A stretch of 63,968 bases of DNA, the filler included, from Craspedostauros australis (taxonomy: Eukaryota), in NCBI GenBank assembly GCA_030167865.1. It is 11 parts of 11 records of this genome, joined end to end, with 100 filler letters (N's around TTAATTAATTAA, not from the genome) between each part and the next. Parts side by side here need not be neighbours in the genome. Positions count along the whole stretch, not along the records: positions 10,295 to 38,763 come from JALAGF010005096.1; 10 more parts are not named here. One strand, given 5' to 3'. The notes under the pieces were generated by a model. It was not told the origin of the DNA. It did not search any database and saw only the letters and a program-made list of their open reading frames with translations. Both the position numbers and the translations under genes were made by a program. This document shows, in pieces, positions 10,416-22,780 of this stretch. Position 1 is the stretch's first letter. Every line of letters begins with the position of its first letter.

Positions 10416-13400
10416 ATGAGCGAGGAAGAGGAATTGAGAGAAATCCCTCTGTCCAACCCGACTATCAAGAGAGAAGAAGGTGCGAGTGAGACTCCNNNNN
10501 NNNNNNNNNNNNNNNNNNNNNNNNNNNNNNNNNNNNNNNNNNNNNNNNNNNNNNNNNNNNNNNNNNNNNNNNNNNNNNNNNNNNNNNNNNNNNNNNNNNN
10601 NNNNNGACGGAGAGCATTCGCACAGCCAAACAGAGTGGGAAAAGTGAGACACCACCAGGAGGAGAATTTGTGAGCAAATCAATCCTCGCAAAACAACAAG
10701 CGAAAATCGAAGAAACCGCAACACAGAAACCGACGGAAATCAAGGGCGCGAGCGCGCCAACAACGAAACAACGAATCAACATGGCAACATCAGCCAACAT
10801 GAACAAGCGACGCATCAAGGCGCCAATGTTCAGCGGTGAACAGGAAGACTACAGCGCATGGGAGTCCCAAGCNNNNNNNNNNAGACTACAGCGCATGGGA
10901 GTCCCAAGCGAAGGCATACGCTCGTGCACAGAAGACGAGAGACGTGATGTTGGGGAAGACCAAGGTACCAACAGTGAGTGAGATCGCAGCAGCCACCGAC
11001 GATGCCAAGGAAGCGATGGAGGAAATCTACGAACTGGGATGCGACTGCTTCAGCGATCTGATCCTCATGATGGATGCAGAGAAAGGAAAGGGCAAGCAGG
11101 CCATCCAGTACATCAACCAATGCGTCTCCAACGACTACCCCGAAGGAGATCCACACGCAGCGTGGAACGTTCTCGCGGAGAAGTTCCGTCCATCCGATGC
11201 AGCAACGAAGATCAAACTCAAGCGCCAATTCAACAACGAAAAGATGAAGAGAGACTCGGACCCTGACATCTACATCACACGACTCGAAGGTTTACGATCG
11301 CGTCTCCACGATGTCAAGTACGAGATCACGGACGAGGAAATGATCATGCAGATCCTCAGCACGGTGAGCAGCGAGTACAGAACCCACATCGTGAACTTCC
11401 AACATCAACTCACGTTTAATCCGGAACTGGTTACCATCAACGCGATCAGAGGAGTACTCCGAACAGCATACGCCACTCATCAAGGAGGCAAGGCGTACAT
11501 CGACAACTTCCAAGACAGTAACACAAAGAGCAACGACACCGGCTTCACAAGCACCAATAACTTCAAGGGTACTTGTCACAACTGTGGCATGTATGGCCAT
11601 AGATCCGCCGATTGCCCAGAACGCAAGAAATCGAACAACAAGAAAAACAACAACAACAACAAGATGAACGGAAAGCGCAACAACAACCGCAACAAAGGAA
11701 GCGGCTTCAACGGGAAGTGCAACTACTGTGGCATCTTTGGACACTGCGAGGCGGAGTGCCGAAAGAAGAAGTTCAACGAGAACAAGAAGGCCAACGAACA
11801 AGCTAACACGGCAACGGAAGGACACGACAAGAGCGGGCACGAGATGGTACTCTTGGCAAAGGACACGCCGCTCTGCATGTTGGTGTCCGACGACTACATT
11901 GAAGACTCCTTCTTCGATAACTTCGAATACGTCGGGAGTGACGACGAAGTGCAGGACGATGAGATCGTCCCGGAGTGGCTCAGTGAGGAGCCAATCATCC
12001 ACGAAGTGGATCCAAGACGCGAAGTGAGCTACGAATGCTGCTTCAACGCGAACGACCTGATCGGTTCATACGGCGACGGAGCCGAGATGGGCAACGAGGC
12101 CAACGATAGTGACATCGAAGAGGCCATGAGTGAAGAGGCTGACGACGAGATCAACGACAATGATAGAGGCAGAGACGAAACGAACGGCGGCGCAGCACCG
12201 CCTCCTCCAGCGGCGGGGAACAACAGATCGGGTATCTTCGACGAAGATGACAGCGACGAAACCGAGGATCATCCGGATGACAGCTTCAATCCAAACGAGC
12301 GTGTCGTCTATCCAAGAGACATCGACTTCCCACCGATTGAGGATCCCAACAACTCCAACTACCTCCATCGTCATGATACCGTTCCATATGCAACAGAAAC
12401 AGCATTGGTAATCCAGAAGCAGCTCATCTTCGATGCCGTAATGGAAGCAGGAGTGAAACTATTCCCAGGCGTCGCACAAGGAGTGCTCAGACCAATATGG
12501 GTGAACATGATGGGATCCATTCTGTCCGAGAACTTCAGATCAATCGAAGAGATTCTCGTCAATTCGGTCGTCATCAATCGCATACTGGAAGCGGCTGACA
12601 CAGAGACGATTCCAGAGACGGATCTGCACTACATCCTTGGAGGATGCATGCGTGTGCTCTTGCGCGAACGACCACGCGTCAACCCATATGATCCAGCCAC
12701 AGGATCACATCGGAACAGTACGATTCCATCAGACTACACGCAACTACCCAACGACATGGATGATGAAGATCACCATCATCCATACAATGAAGATGGAGTC
12801 CATGAAGACGAAGACGATGGAAGCTACGACGACGAGATAGCTGCAGCCGCCGTGGAGCAGCTCCACGAGCTGAGCACCAAGTACAAGGACAAGGTCAACA
12901 AGAACACCTGGCTTGCTGACAGTGGAGCTTCGTGTCACATCGTCAACTCGGACGCCGCTCTCTTCAACGTGCAGCACATCAAGTCCTTCGTCCAAGTGGG
13001 AGACAGCACGAAGCTGGACCCTCCCAAAATGGGATCCATTCGCTTGAAGGTCAAGCAACAAGACAACACTGGCCACATCATCCGGCTTGATGATGTGAAG
13101 TACACACCCAAGATGGCAGTGAACCTTTTCTCCACGAACAAGGCTCTGTACAACGGCTACCAGATTGGCAACAATGGCATTCTGATGGACATCATCAACG
13201 GATCCGGAACGAAGATCGTGTTCGATTGAGTCTTCCTCACATCCAACGGATTCATCACGGGAGTGCAGATGCATCCCATCATGCCAACAGACGACGACAA
13301 GGCTTGCACAGNNNNNNNNNNNNNNNNNNNNNNNNNNNNNNNNNNNNNNNNNNNNNNNNNNNNNNNNNNNNNNNNNNNNNGGCCGCTCAGTACGGATGGA

Positions 13401-16400
13401 AGATCATCGGCGAGATGCCGGTATGTCGCGACTGCGCGGTCGCGAACGCAAGAGTGAAGAACATTCCAAAAGCAACAATTCCAAGAGCAACTCGCCGCGG
13501 CGAACGGCTCTTCATTGACATTAGTTACACTAAACACATAAGCTTCGGGGATAAACGCTACTGGACCCTGATCGTGGACGACTGCACGGATCACTGCTGG
13601 AGTTTCTTTCTCAAGAACAAGAGTGATCAACCAGGGTACATCAAACGATTCGTTCAAACGATCAAATCACAGACTGGTGACCAACAGATCATCTTCTGAG
13701 GTGACAACAGCGGAGAGAACAAATCCATGCAGGATATTCTCATCGATGCAGGACTCAACGTGAAATTCGAATTCACGGCATCGAACACGCCGCAACAGAT
13801 CGGTAGAGTAGAACGCAAGTTCGCGTACCTCTACACCAAGATCCGCTCCATGCTCAACGGAGCACAGCTCGACGAAGAGTATAGGCATGGTCTGTGGGCA
13901 GCAGCTGCGAGCACTGCCACCGCCATCGCCAACATCACTGTAGCGAAGAACCAAAAGGAGTCACCACATCGCCAATTCTTTGGCAATGATCCACCATATG
14001 CAGACGCACTCCGCACTTTCGGAGAGGTGGGTGTTGTGAAGACTACCTATGGCGGGATCACCGCCAAACTCAAGAACAGAGGAGAAGAGATGATGTTCAT
14101 CGGTTATGCACACCAACATGCATCAGGAGTCTACAACATGTACAGACCATCAACGAAGTCACTCATCTGTTCACGGGACATCAAGTGGCTCAACCAATCA
14201 TACGGACAGTTCCGTGGCTGGGCGTCAGCACCGAACATATCCAACAAAGTAGGAACGACAGACGCAGACAGCTTCACAACCATTGGACGGAAGGGAGCAA
14301 TGCCAAGGATGGCAATACGTCGAACATCAGAAGCGAAGAGAGTATCTTTCGCCGACACGAACAAGTATCACATCTTATCAGATTGCGACGATGAGGATGA
14401 CGAAGATGATGGAGCAGTAACTCAACTAATCCATAACAACAACGAAGATCGGAGCGAATCCAATCAGGAGGATGACGAAATCCAACCATCCGGCGATGAA
14501 GCCGACGATGACACAGGCGTCACTCCTCCGAACACACCAGCAAGGTCTACACATGACACACCATCAAAACCTCCACCAACCAAACCAAGCAAGCGTGACA
14601 TGGCTAGAAAGGAGAGAATCCGACGTCACGAAGCACGAGGCAGGAAGGGAGAAATTAATCCCAAACCGACTACAGGGAAGAGCATTCCAAGAGCTCTGCG
14701 TGAGCTCGCAGACTTCAATGAACGAGGTCGAAAGGAGGAAGGCTATGAGAGCGAGTCATCATCCAACGAAGAGAGTGACGAACTCAGCGATGAGATAACT
14801 GACAAATCCAACAATGAGACTACAGATGATGAAGAAATCGTAGACGGAGAAGAAGAGATCGAAATCACTCATCATAGCACAATGGGACTTTACGGAATGA
14901 ATGTAATCATTACCGAGACATCAGCGATTGACATCGGACTGTCGATGCAGGACCAAATCAAAGAACCAAAGAAGCACATCAAACCAACAACATTCGATGG
15001 AGCTTTCAATCACCCAGATCCCATCCATCGAAAGGGATACCGAGCAGCCATCAAAAAGGAGTTCGACTCCATGGATACACACAAGGTGTACAGCAAGATC
15101 AAACGAGACGCCATCCCATGCGGCCACAGATGCTGCAAATGTATATGGGTCTTCAAACTGAAACGCGACGGCACACATCGAGCACGACTCGTTGCATGTG
15201 GCTATTCACAAGTCGCAGGAGTAGACTTCCAAGAGCATTACTCACTCGTCATCCACGACGTGACCTACCAAGTCATGATGGTGATCATGCTGATCAAGAA
15301 GATGGACTGCGCACTCGTCGATGTTGTAACGGCATTCCTACACGGAGACCTCGACGAGGAGATCTACATGAACTGTCCCAACAGGATGGATCATCAAGCA
15401 GACGAAGCCCTGACCCTACACAAGCCAATCTATGGACTTGTGCAGAGCCCCAGGCAGTGGTTCAAAATGTTGGTGTCGACCCTCAAGAATATCAACTTCG
15501 AACAGAGTGCAGCAGACTCGTGCCTGTTCTACAGGAAGACGAACGAAGGAAGCATGATCGTGGCCATCTACATGGACGATTGCTTCTGCTGTGGAGACTC
15601 CAAGGCATTGGAGAGATTCCTGAAGGACATCCAAGGCAGCAAGTTCAAGGTAACAATCGAGCGCGGACTCGGAGATTACCTCAGCTGTAACATCAAACTG
15701 AACCATGACAAGACCAGAGCAACATTGCGTCAACCACATCTCATCCGACATCTCATCAAAGAGTTTGGAGCCAAGGTTGAGAAGATGCAACGCTACGCGA
15801 CACCGGGAACCCTGGGTCAAATCATTGTACAACCATCCGAAGACAACGGATTGCAGAAGGTCGGACCGGAAGAACATGCCGAATACCGCCAAGGCGTCGG
15901 TATGCTACTCTTCCTCATCAAGCACTCGCGACCAGACATCGCGAACCCTGTGAGGGAGCTCTCCAAGGTATTGATCGGGCCCACCAAGGCTGCAATGAAG
16001 GAGATGTATCGGATCATCAAGTACGTGATCGATACAAAGGACTATGGATTGAAGATCCATCCAGCACGTCCAGATAATGACGGCTGGGACATGGAGCTCT
16101 TCTGCGATAGCGAATATGCAGGAGACAAGAACACGAGAATCAGCGTAGGAGGGTTCATCTTATACCTGTGCAAGGGGCCAATCCTTTGGCGATCCAAGGC
16201 ACAGAAGGCCGTCACACTCAGCTCATCCGAAGCAGCAAAGGAGATCTTCTTCGTCATGCAGCTACTTGAAAGTGTGGGCGTCCCAGTGAAGACACCGATC
16301 AAGGTCCGCGTGGAAAATATCAGAGCAATCTTCATCGCCAAGAACCCATCAACATCTCAACGATCGCGGCACATCGACGTGCGCCATCACTACGTGAGGA

Positions 16401-16543
16401 ACATGGTAATCAACAAGACCATTGAAATAATTTTCGTCAAATCCGAGCAGAACACAAGTGACGGCTTCACCAAGAACATCAAGGCCGACTTGCAACGAGA
16501 GCATGAGAAGTCGTACCTTGACACATCGAGAACATTTGAATGA
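10416..16543 (+). pseudogene. Copia gag-pol polyprotein with premature stops
   Basis: Two CCHC knuckles (CHNCGMYGHRSADC, CNYCGIFGHCEAEC), protease WLADSGAS, integrase LFIDI / GDNSGE / GRVERK, RT RARLVACG / AFLHG / YMDD, RNase H FCDSEYAG / RHIDVRHH. In-frame TGA at 13227-13229 and 13697-13699. Confidence 0.92.
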
Positions 16544-16563
16544 CCGAATGCACACAGGAAGGG

Positions 16564-17341
16564 TGTCGAGATGTATATGTGTGTATGTGCATTGTTCACC
16601 TGCTATTCTCTCATACTCATGTACGGATGGCACAACTACACGTGTGTCGATAGTATACTGTGATTTGTCAAAATCACATCACGAATTCGGACACATCAAA
16701 ACAATCAGAATTTTGAAAGGAAACTCGTGAACAAACATTTCTGAGAGCATCAGGAATCCTGTCCGTCCATCAACAGACAAAAATGTATGGCATCGAGTAA
16801 TGATCAATGTACTTCCCAACTAAACCTCAAATGACAACACCCTTGCCAAGCCATCGCATCATCAATTGAATCTGGAGGACTGTGGAAGGCATGAGCTGAT
16901 GTTGACAGGATGTCATCATGTCACCACGTCAACATCTGTCTCCACATCAGATCAAGAAGGTGAAGATTTGATGACCAAGGGACATCGAGATTGTGGATAT
17001 ACAAGGAGGAGTCCGGACGAGACATTGGCGATTACTTGCAGAGTAGCAGGCCAATAGAGAATGAGATGACAGAGTATATACCAAATACGGAATACGAATC
17101 GAGCATGGAATATTGCATGGTGTGAACACGCGATATTGAGAGAGAGGGAATACGATGAACAGCAAGAGAGCATTTCACGTGCTGACTCATAGTCGGAGAG
17201 ACGCACCAAGAGCATCAGGCAGAGCAACAAGAGGCACCAAGAGGATCGGAGTGCCAACGTAATGAAATAGCAAACAGAACCGTAACAACCACTACCACCA
17301 CCTACAGTTGCAAGAGTATCCGTGAGCGGAACTTGCCAACA
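16564..17341 (+). repeat. 3' LTR (778 bp) of the Copia element
   Basis: Starts TGTCG directly after the polypurine tract and ends CCAACA; homologous to 62823-63576. Confidence 0.88.
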
Positions 17342-18444
17342 TGTATTACGTGAGCTGTGCACTGCGCACCGCGAAACGCACAGCCAACACCTATTTGAGG
17401 ACCACATGGGCATTGCATTAATCGCAATGGCGTCATAAAGTGAGCATGATGGTGCACCATGGCAAAGAGGAGCAATGATCCAATGGGTGTGAAGGAAGTA
17501 GAGTCACACAGCAGAGTAGCATCTGACCAATAGATGGCGAACAATGATGACACTATAGTAGAGTCTACAATAGTACTGCATTGCACAATCGCACTCTACT
17601 GAAGTCAACGCCGCGCACTTCTCTCCCGCAAGATGAAGGAGCACTACCGCTTAGCAGACACACACACACACAAACCACCAGACAGACTAACAAGACAACA
17701 CAAGATACTGACATGAAGGCATACCCTACAAGACCGATAGAACTGAAACTGAAGTCGGGATTGATGTCATGTGATGGGAAGAACCCGGATCTAGTTTTCC
17801 TGTTGGACAAAAAGAGACATTAATACGAATGTTGTATTTTACCGCTGCTTCGTCCGTTGGGCGTGGCCGGCGGACACATTTCCGCCTGGTCGGCGTGATG
17901 GCTGAATCCTTTCCGGTCGGAGTAGTACTCAACTTCGCTGAATGGGGTCATACGAGAGAATCAAGGTCGCGCTCTTGTGGACACCATCAGGCAACTCCAC
18001 ACGACTACATCACGAGGAACGACGCAACCTGACACTGGCACTCAGCGCAGCAAGACACAACACCTTTTGCTCCGAGAGAATGAAGCTTCCTCTTCCTCCT
18101 GACATCTCCTGCCATCTTCGCTCGTCTCCCCTCGCATCCGCATCTGTTATAACAGTGCAACACGAATACCCACATCCATTGCCTCTAGCTGCGGGCGCAC
18201 CACGCCTTTCTTCCTCGCGATAACGAGGTGAGTGATGGCCTCCACTTCCATTCGCCAAGCCACTTCGACTCTGGTTGGTGATTGATACGTTGGTCAGCTG
18301 AGAGTCTGCGTTGAAGTCTTTCTGATTTTGCAGCGACACCATCGATTCACATCGCCTGAGCCAACACCGCTGCCCCATCTTTGTTCGTATCATCCTGCCC
18401 AACAGCATCCACACAAACAAAACTACGTTGGGAACTCTACAGAG

Positions 18445-20274
18445 ATGGCAGATCCTCTCACAACCCTGCACGACGCGTGTGGAAGAGACGATGTTGAAAC
18501 AGTCCGATCCTTCCTTGAATCAGACCAATCGGGTCATCTGGTCAATGCTCGATTCCAACATGGCGACACAGCTCTCCATGTTGCTTGTTGGAATAACTCC
18601 ATCGACGTGGTCGAGTATCTGCTTGAATCACACCACAAGACCATTGATGTGAATGTCCGAAACGAACACAGAGCGACACCGTTCAAGCACGCTGCTCTCA
18701 GAAATCATGTGGCAATAGCGAAGTGCTTGATCGAATCAGCTCGCATGGATGTCGATGTCAACTCACAAGATAGAAGTGGTTGGACACCCTTCTGGCATGC
18801 GTGTATGTGCGGGAACGACGACTTCATGAAGTACCTGCTTCAAACCGATCAAGTGGAGATCGATTTGTGTATTCCAGACAAGTTTGGTAAGACGCCGTTC
18901 CGCGTGTGCTGGGAGAATGCATCAAGAGAGATGATCGAATTCATGATGGAGTCAGGCAAGGTGAACACCGACTTGAAGCGAAGGGACGGTTCCGGCCAAA
19001 CATTACTCCACTGTGCTTGCGCGAATCCCAATCAAGGCGTTGTACGATATCTCTGTCAACTGGATCCGACCGCCATTGACTTCAGCGCACAAGACAAAGA
19101 TGGAGATACACCAATTCACTTGGCATGCCGATGGTGTTGTATCGATGCAATAAGACAATGGATGACGTTGGATCCGACCGGTGATGTATTTCGCATGAAA
19201 AACAAGAAAGGCGAAACACCATTCCACTCCGCTTGTTCGAATGAGAGGGTTGAGATGATCCAGTACCTCATTAAATCGAAAGAGATCCACGTCGACATGG
19301 GCATCTATGATGCCAACGGCCACACTCCATTCCATTTGGCCTGTAGTATGAATGACGTTGTCATTGCGAGGTACCTCATCGAATCGAACGAGACAGATGT
19401 CGGCCTTTACACAAAGGACGAGCATGGCAATACATCACTTCACATCGCATGCAACCAGCTTGATACGGAGCTGTTGGAGTATCTGCTTGAGTTGGACAAA
19501 GCTGGGCCCAAGATTGGCATGAGCTTACAAAACAATTTTGGCAACACGCCGCTTCACGTAGCATGCATGGAGGCTACTTCCGGCGCTGTAGGTGAAATGC
19601 TTGGATCAGATATATTGAAGGTGGATGGCAACATACAGAACGACGATGGCAATACACCGCTCCATCTGGCATACGAAAACAGGTCAGAGTATGTTCTCGA
19701 ATACTTGTTGGATTTCTATGGCCATATATTCGATTTCAGCCTCCAAAATGTGGACGGCAACACCCCAGCTCACTGTTCTCGCTGGGACAGGGAAATCATT
19801 CCCATCAACCAAGAACTGAAGCTCACGAAGCTGTATGACATACTCCGAAAAGACGTCGTTCCCAACCGCAACTTGCACCAAGCCTGTACAATCGAGAGTG
19901 GAGATGCAATGGATTGCTTGATCATTGCGGCACAGCCAATGGCGAACATCCAGAATAAGCGTGGCAACACGCCATTGCACCATGCGGCTAACCAAGGCTT
20001 TCTCACCATGTTGGAGTCGTTGATTGTATTGGAGGGAGGAGCGGATGCAACAATTCAAAATTATGATGGCGACACGCCATTGCACATAGCATGGCAGTGC
20101 AATCAATTCGGTGTCGCGAAGGAGCTGCTTGAATCGGGGCATGTGACCATTGATCTGAAGATCAGAAACAACAAGGGTGAAACCGCTCTGGACATCGCAA
20201 TGACAGAAGGTCGCAACAACATCGTTGCGCTGTTGAATGAAGGACCTCCAAACAAGCGGATCAAGGCGGGCTAA
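18445..20274 (+). CDS. Ankyrin-repeat protein (many repeats), C-terminal NLS-like PPNKRIK
   Basis: Repeated G.TPLH.AC ankyrin units; first ATG at 18445 (MADPLTTLHDAC). Confidence 0.92.
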   Translation: MADPLTTLHDACGRDDVETVRSFLESDQSGHLVNARFQHGDTALHVACWNNSIDVVEYLLESHHKTIDVNVRNEHRATPFKHAALRNHVAIAKCLIESARMDVDVNSQDRSGWTPFWHACMCGNDDFMKYLLQTDQVEIDLCIPDKFGKTPFRVCWENASREMIEFMMESGKVNTDLKRRDGSGQTLLHCACANPNQGVVRYLCQLDPTAIDFSAQDKDGDTPIHLACRWCCIDAIRQWMTLDPTGDVFRMKNKKGETPFHSACSNERVEMIQYLIKSKEIHVDMGIYDANGHTPFHLACSMNDVVIARYLIESNETDVGLYTKDEHGNTSLHIACNQLDTELLEYLLELDKAGPKIGMSLQNNFGNTPLHVACMEATSGAVGEMLGSDILKVDGNIQNDDGNTPLHLAYENRSEYVLEYLLDFYGHIFDFSLQNVDGNTPAHCSRWDREIIPINQELKLTKLYDILRKDVVPNRNLHQACTIESGDAMDCLIIAAQPMANIQNKRGNTPLHHAANQGFLTMLESLIVLEGGADATIQNYDGDTPLHIAWQCNQFGVAKELLESGHVTIDLKIRNNKGETALDIAMTEGRNNIVALLNEGPPNKRIKAG

Positions 20275-20706
20275 CGGTGGTGCCCGGCGCGAAACGGGAT
20301 GTGCGGAGCCGCAGTCTCAACACGCCGACGCAAGCCACCACACAAACGAAACGGCAACGGTCGGTAGGCAGGTGGGAGAAGCGGTTGACTCGTTGACATG
20401 TGATCAACGTGGACGAATACACCTGAATCGCATGATTTATGCACGTGGGGACATGACCACCAAGCCAATTTGCATTGCGGCGGATAGGATTTAGCCAACT
20501 TCTGAACCAAACAAGCGCAAGTTAGCGATCTATAAGCCACGAAAGATGGCATTGGGTGTCTGTAGTTGAGTGCTATGCTCGCCTCCTGGGCATGTCTCAG
20601 AGAGCAGATGCAACGAAACGAACGACTCTGGCTGTCGTGGCGACAACAAAAGTGGGAACATATTTGTGTTGTATGAATATGTGTGTGTCTAATGCTCGCA
20701 ACAACA

Positions 20707-20777
20707 GCAATGTTAGTTTAGTGGTAAAATATCCGCCTTCCAAGCGGTTGCCCCGGGTTCGATTCCCGGACGTTGCA
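20707..20777 (+). tRNA. tRNA-Gly (anticodon TCC)
   Basis: Acceptor stem GCAATGT/ACGTTGC, D-loop TAGTGGTA, anticodon arm CCGC-CTTCCAA-GCGG, T-arm CCGGG-TTCGATT-CCCGG; T-run Pol III terminator follows. Confidence 0.95.
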
Positions 20778-21400
20778 CTTTTGTTCGAACAGCGCGGCCA
20801 GCCTCTGCAGGCGTTGCTCCCTTCATTTTCCTCCGCTACTTCCCCGTGGTTGCCCTTCGTCATGCCTCCATCACACAAGCAATGGTGGTGCTTGACACAT
20901 CTCCACCGTACTACTACTCATACTAGGTATGCACGGGCAGCGGGTTGTCCAATTGCCATTTCGTTTCCTTGTTTTTGCGCGCATCGATGGCGGCATTCTA
21001 CACGCGGCACCAGGACTGCTCTCGAGCGTACCAAACTCTTCATTGCGCACAGTAGAGTAACATCGAGTAATAATGATACACTTAAAATTGTGTGGGGTAT
21101 TATATGAGCTTTGAGCACGCTGCTCTCGAATATTGTATCGAGTATCGTACCCAATGCGAGAAGTGCTCGTGTGTTTCACTTTGTTTGTCTCTTTGACTTT
21201 GACCTTTGGTGCTTTGTTTGTTTGTTGTTTGCAGTTGGCTATTCCGGTGGGCTTTGGCATCGCAATCGCAATTACGAAACCTATGATCAAGAATGAAGTC
21301 CGAGGAGTGATCGTATTATATCATCACACAAAAATGGACTCCCTGCTGCAGTTGTCAACGATGGAGGGCACTGCCATCAGCAGCAGCGCACAGAAGAAGT

Positions 21401-22780
21401 CTATTTGCGGCGGCTGCTGCTGTTGCTGTTGCTGCTGGCGGAGCTCCCAGGGCGGCAGTGCCACACGAAACCGAGCTTGTTGAGCTTCCCGATTCGTTCG
21501 TGAGTCATGTTGGACGGCTTGCTTTCCTGGAGGAGCTTGTACTGCCTTCGCTGGTACTTCACCCAGACCGCGAGCTGGGGGTTCTTGGAGTAGTGGCAAC
21601 GGACGTTGCAGTCCCCGTGCTGAGCCTTGTATGCGATGAGCTCTTGCAGACGTTCCTCCCAAAGGGCAGAATGCATATCCCAGCAGAAACCAATGTCATC
21701 CAGCGCCTGCTGACGCTCAGCGGTCAAGTTCGAGTGAGCTCCGCTCTTTCGCAGCTTGTAATGGTAGCGCTGGCGCTTGACCCATTGCGAGAGCTGCAGG
21801 TTGTGGACGTACTTGGTTGGCACCAAGCAGTGGCCATGATCATCCCGGAAACGGAGGAGCTCCTGGAAGCGGAAGGACCAGAGATCCTCTTGGAAGGTCC
21901 TGAACTTTGGCTCTCTGGGCAAGGTCGTCGATGAGGATGACGCTTGTACCATCGTGACGGCCGTGGAAGTTGGGGAGCGTGCTGCGTTTTGCTTCGCGAT
22001 GCCGCTCGATCTTCTGGAGGCATTCTTCTTCGTCGTGCTCACGCCACTGCTAGTAACTTCGGGTGGAAATGGGATCCATTCCAAGTCGCCGGCATTGCAA
22101 ACACCTGATGGCTTGGGTCTCTTGGTGGCCCTCTCACCGTACTGGTTTGATTCGGCCGCCTCAAGTCGTTCAGTTCCTGAGCTGACATCTGCGGGAGTGG
22201 GGTGGAACCTCTTGCGCAAGGTGGATCCTGCGGAGCTTCCGGCCTTGTCGAAGAGCTGCGCTTTTCGCGCTGATGTGGCAGCGCTGGAGTGAGGGTACAG
22301 GATCGGACGGAAGAGCTGGATCAAGGACTTGGCTTCGTTGCGGGCATCGTTTGTCGCCAAGGAGTCCTTGGGGCACCAGTTGTGGACAACCTGGACGCGG
22401 CTTGGTTCGATCGGCGTTGGCTCTGGGAGTTTGGGAGCTGAGCTTTGCTCCGTTGTGGTGGAATAAAGGTTGAATTCGTTGTCCGTAGAGGATGTGATAT
22501 CGCTATACCCACCTGCGGCGTGTTGGTCGTAGTTGCGATCGTAGCTGTGGCTGTTGACGTGGTCAGCTTCTTGCGGAGAATTGTCGAAGAGCCATGCTGG
22601 AGATTCCCAGGTCGAGGAGCTGACGAGATCGACGGCTTCGTCCAAGACGCTTGTGGTTGATCTTGGCACAGCCCCAGCAGCACCGTCTACATGGTCGAAC
22701 GCCGGGGGGACGTCGAAGGACATGAGGTCGCTTGCGGCGATCGAGTCGAAGATATCTGATAGTTCCTGTGTGCTGTTCAT
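21401..22780 (-). CDS. Helicase-associated (HA) domain protein, putative DNA-binding regulator
   Basis: Two C-terminal HA repeats (W..RFQELLRFRDDHGHCLVP...LSQWVKRQR...LDDIGFCW; WEERLQELIAYKAQHGDCNV...LAVWVKYQR...LNKLGFVW) after a disordered Ser-rich N-terminus. Confidence 0.9.
   Translation of the reverse strand: MNSTQELSDIFDSIAASDLMSFDVPPAFDHVDGAAGAVPRSTTSVLDEAVDLVSSSTWESPAWLFDNSPQEADHVNSHSYDRNYDQHAAGGYSDITSSTDNEFNLYSTTTEQSSAPKLPEPTPIEPSRVQVVHNWCPKDSLATNDARNEAKSLIQLFRPILYPHSSAATSARKAQLFDKAGSSAGSTLRKRFHPTPADVSSGTERLEAAESNQYGERATKRPKPSGVCNAGDLEWIPFPPEVTSSGVSTTKKNASRRSSGIAKQNAARSPTSTAVTMVQASSSSTTLPREPKFRTFQEDLWSFRFQELLRFRDDHGHCLVPTKYVHNLQLSQWVKRQRYHYKLRKSGAHSNLTAERQQALDDIGFCWDMHSALWEERLQELIAYKAQHGDCNVRCHYSKNPQLAVWVKYQRRQYKLLQESKPSNMTHERIGKLNKLGFVWHCRPGSSASSNSNSSSRRK

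Larger units (their letters stand above)
10295..17341 (+). mobile_element. Ty1/Copia LTR retrotransposon (diatom CoDi-like), near full length, inactivated
   Basis: End of 5' LTR (..CCGTGAGCGGAACTTGCCAACA at 10333), gag-PR-IN-RT-RH in Copia order, polypurine tract AGGAAGGG, and a 3' LTR TG...CA ending in the same 22-mer. Confidence 0.93.
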
